Positions 28,084 to 41,989 of a stretch of DNA of 64,000 nucleotides are shown one piece after another. The notes beneath the pieces are model-generated. The model saw nothing but the letters and a program-made list of their open reading frames with translations, was not told the DNA's origin and did not search any database. Position numbers and translations under genes: made by a program. This DNA is from Lama glama (lineage: Eukaryota): NCBI GenBank assembly GCA_028534125.1, contig CM052816.1:57290001-57354000 (forward strand). Direction: 5' to 3'. The stretch's first letter is position 1. Every line of letters starts with the position of its first letter.

Positions 28084-28342
28084 GTAAATAAAATTCATGG
28101 TATGTTAGATAATGACAGACGCTAAGGAGAAAAACAAAGTAAGAAAAGAGAACAAGAGATGGGGGTGGAAGTTTTAGGTATGATTCATATAAGGCACCTG
28201 TCTTAAATCTACACCTTTAATTAAGGCTCTAAGAACATCACACTGAATATAATCTATCCCAAGCTTATGAGAGACAGGCTTTTTTTTTTTTAATTGTCTA
28301 TCTTCCCTTACTAAAATGGAAGTTCTATGACAGCAAGGATTC

Positions 28343-28797
28343 TTTTTTATTTTTATTTTCCATTATAGTTTATTACAAGATACTGAATGTAGTTCCTGTA
28401 CTATACAGTGGGCCTTGTTGTTTATTTTATATGTAAGTTTGTATCTGCTAATCCCAAGTTCTAATTTATTCCCCCCATCTTTCCCCTTTGTTAACCGTAA
28501 TTTTGTTTTCTGTCTGTGAGTCTGTTTTTGCTTTGTAAGTAAGTTCATTTGTATCATTTTTTAGACTCCACATATAAGTAATATTATGTATTTGTCTTTC
28601 TCTGCCTGACTTATTTTACTTAGTATGATAACCTCTAGGTCCATCCATGTTGCTGCAAATGGCATTATTTCATTCTTTTTATGGCTGAGTAATATTCCTG
28701 GGTGGGTGAGTATACACGTACATATATAAAACATCTTCTTTATCCATTCATCTGTGGATGGACATTTAGGTTGCTTCCATTCCTTAGCTAATATAAA
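28343..28797 (-). mobile_element. L1 3' end
   Basis: T tail, then gtctctgcctgactt...ggtccatccatgttgctgcaaatggcattatttcattctttttatggctgagta. Confidence 0.88.
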
Positions 28798-29193
28798 CTG
28801 AAGAGTAGAGATTCTTGTTCTGTTAACTGCTAAATCCTCAGCACTGAGTCACTTACAATTTTCTTCTTAAATAGAAGTCCATTTTAAAACTCATACGTAA
28901 GGCTAACAATCAGTATTGTCTTCACCATCTCCCAGTGTCATTTTCTTCAGTGCTCTTTAAACATTCTCTTCTAGTCTATCTGAATAATCCCTTATGATAT
29001 TTTAATTATTGATCATTGGTCCTCAATCTCCAAAACAAAATGTGTAATTTTAAAAAAGCATTGTAAAAACATTGAGGTTGTGTATTTTAACATTTTCTAG
29101 TATTAAAAAATTTTATGACAGAAAAATTATACTATTTATATCAGTAAACAGAAATATCCTGTAGTTTAGATTTAAAGCCTCAAAAATACCAAC

Positions 29194-29298
29194 CTGAGCT
29201 GTATCTGTCATTTTCTGTTCAAAATCAGCTTTTGCTAATGCATATTTTTCCACATAGAGTTTATAGGTATCTGTAGCTTTCTTAGCTTTAACAGCTGC
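29194..29298 (-). CDS. FCHO2: FCHO2 exon 6 ([35 protein letters not shown])
   Basis: ttacag|GCA acceptor, CAG|gttggt donor, 105 nt. Confidence 0.97.
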
Positions 29299-31621
29299 CT
29301 GTAACAAAAGAAAAACATTCTGAACTACACAAAATGTTTTTTCTTTCCTAATATAAGTTAATATGAAATAATAATTTAAATACATTTTAAGAGATGAGGC
29401 CTATGGTAAGATGAAGATGATATAAACTAACTTTAATACCTCTTTTCAAGTCCTCCTTAGTAATATTTTTTGTTATGGTCACACAATAATGCAGAAATTA
29501 AATGCTGATTCTCCTTTCCTTTCTGATGGAACATGCTTTAAAAAGTTAAAATACTCTCATTTTAAAACTCACAGTAAGATTACACAACCACATTATAATA
29601 GTACAGTGTTACTAAGAATTCAAGGAACAAAAATGTGACAATACCATCAGAATATACTTGACACTGCTTTATATACCTGTGAGTCTTCCTTCCTCCCACA
29701 ACAAACATATTCTATTTTACATCTGATCAGTGACTATAAAGCTAGCTAAAAAGTTGAAAGAAATCAGTTTTCCTTGATTTCAGTTTCCATTATGCTCCAG
29801 AAAATCTATACATTTGTTTTTATCATTGCCTATTTTTCTAGATTTCTATTTTTTAAAAAATTGTTACTGCATTATAGCTCTAATTTTAACAAAGTCACTT
29901 ATTCAATAAAAGCTTAAAAATATGTTAAATATTAGGCAGTGAGGAATATGAAAATAAATTATATAGGGATCTTTTCCTCAAGGACTTTAAAAAAGAAGTA
30001 TAAGCTATACATAAATAACTAGAAATTGGTAGATACTAGCAAAGAAGTAAAAAAAAAATTCTATGAAAGAGAGATATTCAAGAAGAGGAAAGATTACGTG
30101 TGACTTGTAGGTTGGGGCAGACACATGGCTATCAAGAAACACGACTATTTCCAAAAGACTGATCAATTTGGACACAGGCAGTTGAAAGGGAAGGGATGTC
30201 AAAGTAAGTAAGAGTTTAAAGAAGATCAAAAAAAGAGAAGTTATAAGGTTTAAAGACACAAACATCTCCATTTTCTTCATGAGATGGTCTGCTAAGAGAG
30301 ACAAAGAGTAGGGTAGGGTTGGGAACTTCAGGAGAATGAAAAAAGAGCTTCAAACCATAGTTGTGAAGAATGCAACAGGTAATACCTAGATGAGCAGAAG
30401 TACTGCTATGAGCCACTGGGAGCTAAGTAAAACTGAATTTATGCAGAGCCAACCTGAACCAATATGTAATTATCTCCACCTATGTTCAGGAGTCTAAAAA
30501 TTATTAGAAACAGGAAGTTGGGTTTACCCAGAAATTTGGAATTGGCAAGATACATACAGTCCTACTCTCTAAAAAGGCAACTCTAGTCTCTAAAATATAA
30601 CTTCATATACTACATTAAACATATATGTTCTATGCTTTCCTGCCTTCTTAAATAAATATAGGATGCCCCTTGTAGTGTATCAAAACTGTTATCTTGTATC
30701 AAAACTGGTTTTGGAGCCAAAAGAAACTGGATTCAAATTCTAGCTCTACCATTTACTACCCAGTTGACCTGGTCTTCGAGTTCTATATGGTTCTCTCATT
30801 CCTAAAATGGAAACAATACCATCTATTTTTTAGAGCTTTGCAAATGATGAAATGGAATTTATATAAGTGCTGGGACAGGGACTGTACTGAAATCTACAAA
30901 ATAAATAGTATCTGCTATTGTAATAGTTTTTAAAAGGAACATAAACAGGAACATACATCATTATATTTTACTGTTATATTTTGCTCTTATCGTATCTAAG
31001 AGTTGTACTGAGCCCTCCATCCCTACAATAAGTGTCCAAAATAATATAATGATTTTCTAGTTTGCTCCTATGGATTTTTTTTTAAACTCTTTTCCCACTG
31101 TCTAGCCACACAACATTACTTTATACTACTGTTACTAAACCTCCTCTAACTTCTCAGCCCTTTCATGAGATGAACATTTTGAGTTACTACCTTCACAGGA
31201 AGCCCAGATAACCAGGTTTGCTAGAATTTATTTCAAAATCAATTTTAATGACATGGTTGCCTGGGTTTCTTTTAGGATTTTTTTATGCCAAGAGACTTGA
31301 AAGAAGAGAATTTCTTTTTCCAGCTACCATAATTTTCAGTCTATACAAGAGTGATAAAAAAATCCACAGTCCATGGAGTGATTTTTAATGACAGTCTAGC
31401 AAAATGATATAGTTCTACTGGTAGTCCCTCCTCCTTGCTTATTCTTCATTCTAGCACTGTCGTTTTTCTCTGCTGCCTATTAAGCTACTGCCTTATAATT
31501 TATGTGTCAGCTATTGATAAAGATATGATATGTGATCACTCCTAGAGATATTTGCAATTTGGAAGGAAATTAATAAAAATGGTAAAGTCCCCTCCAATAT
31601 AACTATGATTGTGTCCACACA

Positions 31622-31709
31622 TTTTTCCTCCTGAACAGAGGCACTGGGGATTGAAACCGGGATCCCATGCACACCAAGCACGTGCTCTACCACCAAGCTA
31701 TACCTCCTA
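31622..31709 (-). mobile_element. tRNA-derived SINE (Vic-1-like)
   Basis: A and B box on the minus strand; TSD tgtgtccaca at 31610-31619 and 31711-31720. Confidence 0.8.
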
Positions 31710-33780
31710 CTGTGTCCACAATTTTAAAAGTAATTTATTTCATGGAATCTTTCCTGTTTTCTTTTTACACATTCTATACAAAATAAGGTATCTCCCTTTC
31801 TAAACTTATCATTAAAACTTTTCTCTAATAGCTTCTTGTTCTGTACTATTCAGTAAGTCTTGGCTCCCTAAAAAGAAGAAAGCTTCTTAAAGACAGAAGG
31901 TGGTAATATGTATTTAGCTTTACTTACCTTCACAACATTTGGCATGATGATAGGCAGATAGAAACTAAAATATTTATTTACTATGGCACACAAATTGGTA
32001 GTCCAACAATCAAAAAAAAGTTTGAATAAACCATTTTAAAAGGCAAGAATTAAGTCTATAGTCTATATTTAAAATAAACTTTTAATTTTTATTATATTAA
32101 TGAACAGGAAGAATTCAAATAGTGTTTTGCTATAATGATTATTTTTCCAAGTAAACATATGCTGTACTGTGGACAATACAATGGTTTCTCATTTATAAGG
32201 AATTTATAATCTAACAGAAGTAAATGATGACTGCCTAGAGGATCATTACTCCTTACAGAAGACCTATGATAGATTTCTAAAATGTAAACAAAGTAATTAT
32301 TTCATAATATTATTCATTACACTTAAAATAACAGGACTGTAAGAGATGGAAGGAAGTTCCTGAGGCATCATTTCCTCTTCCTATACTCAGTCTCTAGAAT
32401 TCTCTCAAACTAGTTTTGGTACTCAAATCTTTATGGAATCAAGAAGAGTAGAAATATTAATTTTAGAATTTTAAACTAGCATATTTTCATAACTTCTTTT
32501 TTCATCCCACAATATTTTCATCATAAATCTTGGTCCAGCCATTCAACATAGAAACTTATCTGTTCACTATTTCCAACCATAAAATTATGGTCATCATATC
32601 AAAGGTTAAGAGCTGGATCTAACTCAGAATTGTGAACTGGTCTTTTTTGGAGCATACTTTAAGATACCATAAAACTGTGTAAAATTTCATTTCTCTTATT
32701 TGAAGGCATAAAAGAAGAAATAAGATATCCTTTATAAGTTCTAACATATTTTTTATATCAGTGCAAACTCTTCGAAGGTGAAAATAATATATGAGAATAA
32801 AATTACATACCAACTTAAAGCAGCATCTTGGAAAACTGACAAAAGTAGTATTTATTAATAAAGGAATAAATTTTTTTAAAGTTTATTGACTCACAAGGTG
32901 TTTTAAGTAATGACAAAAATAAATTTAAAGAAAACTAAAATATCCTATAAAAGGCCATAGAGGCCATTTTAGAATATAATTGTACTGAGAACATCTACCT
33001 TTTTGGAAAGCAACAAATATCTCTCGTAGGAAACAACTACATACAGCAATATTCAATTAAGTAAACATGACTTTCTAAACAGTATATATGCTTAGTAAAA
33101 CTGTAAATTTTTAGGGTAGAATTAGAGAAACTAAATGTCCCAGTAGTAACAAACTTGACCACTTCTATAAAGTCATTATTTAAGGAGAAGTTGGAGCAGC
33201 TATTCTTGAATGAGGAAATTATGCTTTAAAAGCAACAGCTGTATTTCTTCTCATGAATAAAAGACTGGCTTTAATGGATTATCTATTGATAACAATATAA
33301 GTCCTACATTTTATTTATTTCCTTAGCACTATAAATAAATTTACTGATATACTACCAGAAATATTTAAGTGTCTATAATTTTTATAGTAAAATCAAATAT
33401 ATATACATATAAAAGAAGTACTTCATCACAGTCCACAAATATAAGTAACTTCTAAATGGTTTTATAAAAGGATTTACGAGTGAAGATGAGAAGCATACTA
33501 TAACAGCCAATAAGTCATTTACATTTTCAGGTTTACCAAATGAAAAATGGTTCTAAGACCCATGTTTTTAAAAAACAATCTATATTCATTTTCATAAAAA
33601 GCTTATTACAGACCAAATAAATTATTTACTTAGACTTGGATTTGAATATATATAAATCAGAGACCCACTAACACATGTAGTATCACAAGCAAAGATAATA
33701 CTTCTGAGATGAACAATTAGAAAGAAGCACCCCTTCCTCTTCTCTTCCTTTTGCTGATTTAGAGGACTTAGACAATCTTC

Positions 33781-33907
33781 TTTGCGGGGTGGGTGGGCAT
33801 AAGGTTTATTTATTTATTCCTTTATTCTCAGTGGAGATCCTGGGGATTGAATCCAGGACCTTGTGCATGCTAAGCATATATACTACCACTGAGCTATACC
33901 CTTCCCC
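33781..33907 (-). mobile_element. tRNA-derived SINE (Vic-1-like)
   Basis: gggtatagctcagtggtag...ctggattcaatcccc, TAAA tail; flanks ttagac(a/c)atct. Confidence 0.82.
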
Positions 33908-35166
33908 TTTAGACCATCTCCTTTTAGTAGTTATGCTTAATGTACATTTTTGACTACTACTAATTCTAACATAGTACTTAATGTAACACACACCATTATT
34001 TTGTATACTACTAAAATAGAAAAGTACTGTCAATTAAACCATGAAATAACGCTTTCTTAACACTTAAAATTATTTTAAACTATTAAAAGAGCTCTTTTAG
34101 ACTTTAGAGGTACATTTTTATTCTTGTATGATACATAATAAAAAGGAAAGCAAAATGAATTGTTTGAGATACTCTCAAATCTTTTTCCATATTCAGATTC
34201 TGACTCTTCTCAATTACTTCCAATTTAGAGGCTGCTGAGAGGTCTGTTTTTTCCCCACACATAATATTATCCTTGATGTCATCAAGAGCACTATTAACAG
34301 AGCATTTCGTAAAACTGGTCCACTATTATGTCTAGATTTTCTTCCAAGTACTGGTGCTCACATTTTCTTAATCTTACCAGGTCTTAACAAAAGGTTTTCA
34401 GAGAACAATCAGAACTATTCCTTCCTCAAATTGTTTTAAAGTGGTCTCAAGCATCAAAGTGTTGCAGTTGTCCAATCATGCCACCAGGTATATAATAACC
34501 AAGTTCACATATGCAGTGAAACTACACCACAAATGCCACCTTACCAAGAGTGATTATATAATAACATCAACTGAAGACGCATGCTGATTTCAGAGATGTG
34601 AGGAAAAAGAAATACCTGGTAGCTTTTAATATTCTCTTTTTCCCTGATGTCTAGGTCTGAATTTATCTTTATTTAACCTGCTTAATATCAAGAATATACT
34701 TTTAATCTGAGGACTCCTGAATTTCTTTAATTCTGAAAACTCTGATTGGTTAACTCTTCAATATTACCTGTTACCTTCCTCTCCATTTTTTTTCTTCTGA
34801 AATCCACAGAAGATGAATGTTGGTAATCTTTATTTCTCTGTACTATGTTCTGGGTGAGTTCCCTTAGTATTACCTTCCAAATTCACTCTTTTACTATATC
34901 AAGTCTAAAGTTCATCTTCTCTATTGTTTTTGTAAAAAATTTCAATCACTATATATTCATTGCCAACTTACCTAATTAGCTGTTTTCCTACTCAGTAGAT
35001 CTTGTTTAATGCCTCTTTTAATTTTCTTTAAGTTTATATTCATGTTCACCTCTGAACATCCTCAACACACACTAACATTTCTGTTCAAATGTTTTATAAA
35101 TCTAAATTTCATCTGGAGTGAATTCTTATTCCAACTATTAAATTTTTATTGCTGTCTGCCTTAATG

Positions 35167-35586
35167 GAGGTATCCCCTGCTTTTCAAAAGTTCATTTTAT
35201 ACCACTTTGCTTTTACAAAAGAATTATATTAGTACCTGTTTTCACTAACCAAAAGAAATCCAAAGATTTTCACTTTTACAAAAGAAAGCAAAAAGCAAAA
35301 ATAGCATCCATTCAGCGTTCATTTTGCAGGAGCCATTATAGAGGCAGCGGGCACCTGGAGCAGTTAAGAGTGGTACCATCAAGCTCCTTCCTGGGACCCA
35401 CAGTCAGCATCTCAGGATCAGCCTCCATGGTTTTAAACTGTGTCTGTAAGCATCTGTGCTTCATCTCAGTTTACTTTGTACATCCATTAGCAAGATGTTC
35501 TCAGGTAATTGCTTCTCTGCTTTTGCCATTTGGCTTACAAAAGATTTCAAAGGAACACTCTACTGCTAGATAGCGGGGGAAACCTA
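35167..35586. mobile_element. TcMar-Tigger-like MITE inserted into an old L1/HAL1-like remnant (about 34620-36280)
   Basis: Terminal inverted repeats aggtatcccctgct / agcgggggaaacct. Confidence 0.7.
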
Positions 35587-37037
35587 TATTAGATTTCTTA
35601 AGATGTGCTCTAGAATTTTGGTTGTTTGCTCATTTCAGATAAGAGGTTTCTCATTTTTCCCTCTCTCTCTTCTCTCTCCCTCCATCAGTGCTGCTGAAAA
35701 ACTCCACAGAATACAAGGCAAACATTCCTCTTAGAAATGTGTTATGTTCTATTCTTTACACTCACCAATACCCTCCAAGGAGTTTTCAGTTTATCTCCTG
35801 CCAGCCCCTCAAGGCCCCAATTTAGTATCAGTCTTTAAAAGGTGGCTTTAATTACTTCCCTCAAAGAAATTGGGGATATGATCAAAACATCATGAATTGG
35901 TTCCTTGGATTGACTGCTGGTCAGAATTGTGTCCAAAAGTCCCCAATTTCCAATTATGCTTTAGCCCTTTAGCAGTCTGACAGTCTTTTTTCGCTACCTA
36001 GAGTGTCACAAAGTGAGTGGAGTTCCTTGTGCTAATCTCAAGTGGGGAAGATTTAGTCCCCTTTACCACACAAGAGCTAAATTCCACTGCCTAACTTAGG
36101 ACTTTGAGTCTGACAAAACTGCATAATCAATCTTTCCATGCCCCTTTGGGTTTCTGTTCCTTTCTGGTTCACAAAGATAATATTCTTCTTTTTGGACTGT
36201 GTTATTTTATCTTCCCCTTTTATATTTTATTCATAATTGTTGTATCTGGAATGAAGAATGTTTTAAAGTCATAAGCTTACTGGGCCTCATCTTTTACCCC
36301 CTCCTAATTTTTATTTATTGCACAAACGTTAAAGGAAACATATTACCCTAAATTGCATCAACTGCTCTGATTTTTCCATATTCTCTTCTAGTTTTTGCCC
36401 ATTTTATACACTGTTATAATTACTATAATTGCAAAACAGTTACAATTTGTTTTTTTACTGGATATTTCAAATACTTTACAAAGCTTTCAAAATTATCACT
36501 CCCTATGGCTGATTCCTAAATGAGATATACCACATCAAAGAAGTGGATGGTTAAACTGTTCTGAAAGGGGAAAAAAAAATCTAGTTTCAATTAAAATGAG
36601 AGTGGGGGAAAGGGTTGTGGTTTACCACAACACTACATACATGTGCTCAAAGTCAGCAATAAATCACCCACATGTATTTAAAGCTTATCCTCAGGTATCT
36701 ATTGCCTTGCTAAATAAACCAGTCTTGCTTCAAAAAAATGTTTACCTCATTATTAAATCTTATACCAAGCAGTATCTCATCAGTTATCTTATAAAAAAAT
36801 CCTATAAATGTATTACTGACATAAAGAAATCATTCCTTTTTATTTATCTGCCAATCTATTTACCATACACAACACATTTTGCAAACCTACTTCTGTTTTA
36901 CTTAGGTAAATCATTAATACTCAGAGGCACAGTGACCTTACCTATATTATGAAATCATTCTTGAGTGTTTGAAGGTGAATTGCAGTCTTATAATTGAAAA
37001 TGCTCTGAAACCACAGAAATATTTTCATTATGATTAC

Positions 37038-37190
37038 CTTTTCTGTTTCTCTTTGTGTAGCTCCTTCCTTTTTCAAACGTTCCTGTTCTACACATTTGGC
37101 ATTGTAATTTTCCTTGGATTTCTGAAGGGCCTGAGTTATGCTCTGAATGGTTTGAACAGCTTCCAGAGTTCCTGCAACTTCTTCTTTAGT
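37038..37190 (-). CDS. FCHO2: FCHO2 exon 5 ([51 protein letters not shown])
   Basis: aaacag|ACT acceptor, AAG|gtaatc donor, 153 nt; separated from exon 4 by a 91-nt intron. Confidence 0.97.
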
Positions 37191-37281
37191 CTGTTTGGTA
37201 TGAAATGATTTATCAAAATGACAGAACTACAAAGCATTCAATATCTGACCAATCAATCCTTTAACAAGGAAAAACTGATAC

Positions 37282-37423
37282 CTTTTTATGCGATTTTACT
37301 TGTTCTTCTCCATACTTCTGAACTTCTTTTATTAATTCTTGTAATTTTCTAACAAGATCTAAGTGACAATTTGCTAATTTCTCTGTAGATGTTTTGAACA
37401 CATCCCACACTGGTGCAAATGTT
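37282..37423 (-). CDS. FCHO2: FCHO2 exon 4 ([47 protein letters not shown])
   Basis: ctttag|A acceptor, AAG|gtatca donor, 142 nt; inside ORF 37261..37554. Confidence 0.97.
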
Positions 37424-38718
37424 CTAAAGGAAAGAAAACATGGGAATAATTTACTAAAAGGGAAAAAAAAGTTAAAGTTCCAAAATAGAACCAATGAAAT
37501 AATGTTATATTCAGCAGTTTTAATTACGCAAAAGATAAGATTGAAATAAATCACAAATTAAATGACTGACAGCCTGACCTTGATTTTTTTTTAATCCTTG
37601 GTTCCTTGGTTAATTATTTAAAATATTTTTAGACCTCAGATACACAGAAATGAGTCAAAATTACAGGTCTGGCCATGTCCCTCTCTCAATTATACTGTGT
37701 CATTTTTCTGCATTGATTTGGTTATTTAGATTTGTATCAGATGCCTTTCTAATCACTGTCTACTGTTTAAAACTAGCTTATTATCAAATCTCAATTTTAG
37801 ACTATTCAGTGCTCCATTTAAAATGCTTCATCAAAAATAAGAGGTCCTCTGAATTTAAACATGCAAGAGTCAAATTTGCACATAATTTTTAAGTGTCTTC
37901 ATCATTAAAATTTATTTAAGAATTATTTTAAACCTTTTATCTGAAATCTTGTTTCAGATTTTATCTGTGTACTTCAACAAAACACTAAGAGAGTCCTGCT
38001 TCTTGATACAGAATGTATGACATACTTTCCTACCAGTTTTTCTCAACATTGAGCATTTAGTATTTCCAGCAGGTTCAAGTACTTCCAAGAATTACTACAT
38101 TATTATATCCTGGATAATACTTAGCATGCCAATGGTTAGTTTAAATTAATTTAGTCAGTAGAGAATGATATAAAGATAATCTTATCCTATGTTTTCCTCA
38201 AGTATTTCCCATTTGCTTTGCTCTATAAAACAAAAACAAACAAAACAAACAGCAACAATTATCACTAAGACAAGAGGTAGAGAAAGAAATTACATATCCT
38301 AATATGTACTTTGTGTCAATTACTGCATTTCCTACCCATTAGGAAAACTAACTGACAATGATCATTTTAAACAATAACAAAAAAGTTCAGAGGATAATTA
38401 AAATACTTCTAGGACTGTTGTGATTAGGTCTTACCTCACACCTTAAAATCTAATCAGCACTAAATCCAGCAAGTAGTTAGATGGAAAATTTCAAGATAAA
38501 AAAAAAACTGGAAAAGAACTCCTGAAAAGTAACCACTCACTTTAGCACCAAAATACATGTACATCACTTCAGGTATACCTGATACATGATAGTCTAGATT
38601 TCACAAAGCAGATAAGAAGGAGTTTACTTTACCCAAGGATTATTTACACAGAAAAGGGGTTTAAAATAAGATTTCTTTAAATACAGGTTTCTTTAAGGAA
38701 TTTCAAATATCATTCCAC

Positions 38719-38839
38719 TCTGGGGAGAGGGGTAATTCGGTTATTTATTTATTTATTTTTGATGAAGATACTAAGGAATGAACCTAGGACCTCGTGAATG
38801 CTAAGCATGTGCTCTACCACTGAGCTATACCCTCCCCTC
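38719..38839 (-). mobile_element. tRNA-derived SINE (Vic-1-like)
   Basis: agggtatagctcagtggtagagcacatgcttagcatt...aggtcctaggttca; flanks caaatat. Confidence 0.82.
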
Positions 38840-39641
38840 CAAATATTCCATTTTTAAACGTTTGATATACACAACTTTTTTCTGGTCAAGTAATTCACAT
38901 TAATGTATAATAAACACTAAGGAAGAAAACTGACAAATCCAAAATATGTTTAAATGGAACTAAATATGGAAAGATAAAATTCAATTTCTTGCCTAAATAT
39001 GCATCAGAAAACAAGAATATAAATATTTAAAATCTTTATAATCTTAACTGATGATACTAAAAAAAAACAAAATATCACTTATAATTTATGAGAAGCACAC
39101 ATCCAAAGACAAAAATGTTGTCAGTAACTTTATTATCAGGAAACACAGTTGAAGTCAACCCCTGTTTTTTCTGTCTCCCACTCTCCCAACTCGTAACTAA
39201 AAATAAGGTAGAATTTCCTATATTAAAACCACGACCAATTAGTTAAAGCTAGCTTCTGTTATTTCAGTTACTTTCTGGCCCTTCTAAAATTTGTCTTAGA
39301 AAAGGCATGTTAGAGTTACATGGAAGAGTTATAAACAGGAAGCTGCCAGAAAAGTGAGGACAGAGATGGAAAAAAGGAGGAAGAATGAACTTGAAGGGGG
39401 AGTGGGAGGGGAGGGCAAGAACTGGAAGAAGGAAAAAAAAAAATTAGCCATCATCTACCAGTCCCACTCTCCTCTGGGTGAAAAAGGTGGTAGCTCTCCA
39501 GCCTTCCTAGCTAGTGCACAGAACTGCAGAAGATCCTCTTAGCTGTGGCCAACAGCACTTACGTAATGGGCAGTGTCACCACCCTGAGAATAAACTAAGA
39601 GTCCATCTCTCCTTTATCTGAGCCACAAGACAGAAAAAACC

Positions 39642-39793
39642 TTTTTTTTTTTTTTGAGTAAAAGTAGATTTAGAGAGATGTACATCAGGGAGAGAAGGGG
39701 GGATTACAGTAAAGGTTAAAGTAAAGGCAGATACACTCCCCAAAGACAGAGTACAGGCAGCCAACTTGGAAAGCAAGAGAGAGCAAGCAACTG
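39642..39793 (-). mobile_element. Polyadenylated LTR-end fragment (retrocopy)
   Basis: T15 tail abutting gagtaaaagtagattt; gacagagtacaggcagcc...gcaagagagagca resembles 5669-5706 of the LTR in this window. Confidence 0.6.
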
Positions 39794-40684
39794 TAGAAGA
39801 CTTTTGTTTAAACTCATTCAACTATGCTAGAGAAGACTTTCATAAAATAGTCATTATTAACCAGTTTTTGAGATCACAGAATTTGATGCACGTGAATCTG
39901 ATAACTGGTATAAACCATCTTCATCAAAAACATGAATAGCTACACAAAATCCTACATAAAATTTTGTGGGATTCATAGATTCATCAGAATGCCAGGAAAA
40001 GAGGAATCTCTTACTGAATATCACTGTAAAAATCTTTATAAATGTTAGTTAGACTAATTATTTTAACATCTTAGTTAAACTATAACCTCTCCCCCAATTT
40101 TAGATAATTAAGTCTGATTAAGTATGCCTTCCAGAGTTGTTATCGTTCAAATTATACAACTACTCTTCCCAGAGTTATGGCTATAAGCACACCCCATTTT
40201 AAATGCATTCTTATTATTAACATTCATTTTTCAAAGAACACATTTCCTCAGCACATATTTTAAGAAGAGCATTTAAAAGTAGTCTACAAAATCAGAAGCA
40301 ATGTTTTCAATGCATTTTAATCATTTCAATAAAGTTCAAGAGTTTTTAAAGATCACTGTTCAAAAGAATTTAAATAAAGCTAGAGAAAACCAGAATATAA
40401 TGAGCACAACACATAACATTTAAAATCTCAAAATTATACTACTGAATGACTGCATAGTTTAACAAAGGGGAAAAATAAGTTTCATTTGCTTTGTATTAAC
40501 TGATTCAGCAAATTCAATTATATTTTCTATCAAGTCAAGAATATATTCATATATAGACACATTTTAAATAAATACATTACATATTATTATATTTACAAAC
40601 TACTACATCCTTAATGGGAACCTAACACTCTCAGAACTTTGCCTAAATCAACACGGAAAGAGTTTTTCAAAGAAATTAACTCAC

Positions 40685-40759
40685 CCAAGTTGTGAATAGT
40701 TGCTTGCGGATTTTGCTAGTTTTGTCATTGACCTGGAGTACGCCTCTTCTATTGTAGCC
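40685..40759 (-). CDS. FCHO2: FCHO2 exon 3 (ATIEEAYSRSMTKLAKSASNYSQL-G)
   Basis: aacag|G acceptor, TGG|gtgagt donor, 75 nt. Confidence 0.96.
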
Positions 40760-41989
40760 CTGTTAAATCAAATTTCCATATTATAATAGCTCCTGTTAAA
40801 TGACCAAATACATAGCAAAATTATCAAAATACAATTAAAACTGTAGAAACAAAAAGACAACATAAAGTATATGTTAAAAATAAGTAGGTATGTGGTCATG
40901 AACTTCTGGCCTATCTTTAAATGCCCTCTGTGCACATCTACTTAATTAAAGAACTCATCTGATAAAGAACTAAAATAATTCATACCACCAAAAAAACTTC
41001 AGTGAAGTCACTCCTATTTTTTACCTTTAATACAATGGTTATTTGAACAGGAAGTACAAAAGTATTGCTTCTTGTATACTCTCTTTCTGTAAAGTCATTC
41101 AGTGTCAAAGTCACGTGTATTTAATATTTCCTTGATGTATTTAATATAGTTTTACTATTCTTTAACATTGTGATTTCATTATAATGCACATTTAATAGAA
41201 GATTAATGACAGTCACTGCACAAAACTAAATATGAATAATTAGCAAGTGTGAGACCCTGAACTTCAGGACTTAATCTATTTTGTGATTACATCTAAAACA
41301 CTAATAAACAAGTATTTCCCACCAGAATACTGTGCTTTTATATAACTGCTATTCAGCATATAGAATTTCAGGCTTAAAAAATTCAACCAAAGCCATTAAA
41401 TATGGAATAGAAAAAAGTTTTCCCAAAGGCACATACCTTACAAAGGAAAAATACAACACTATCTTGGCCTTCTTCACACTACAAAAGTCAAGTTCTGTAT
41501 TACGTCTCCCATAATTACCCTGTCCCTTCTCAATTTGTGCTACCCTTAACAGTGGAACAGCCTACAACCACCACTGCCTTCCATTTACCTTTGTAGGTTC
41601 AACTAACATTCTGTTTTTAATGTCCAAATCCATATCTCCACACTGCTCTTGAACAAAATCATCTGTTTAATATCTAAATGCCTCAAGCATAGCTCTACTT
41701 AGACATTTTAATCACCTCAAACTTAGAATATTCAAACTAAGCTTATCTCCAAACTCTTTCCCAACCCAAACCCCACAAAAACCAGCTCTTTAACAAAAAG
41801 GAACTATTAACAGTAACTGATGTTATTGATGGCACAGTGACTTTTTTCTGTTCCTTTAAACTTCTGTGTGTCTTTTTAATATACTATATTACAAGGGTAG
41901 TACTTAGATAATTTTTAAAAGTTAATACAGAAATACTATCTCAATGAGTAAGTTTAACAGTAAGGGAAAAATGGTTCAATTTCTAGTTA

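Noticed and set aside
31921..31980. Strong donor AAG|gtaagt on the minus strand
   Set aside because: Poor acceptor and appears to be L2-like remnant sequence; isolated donors are common.
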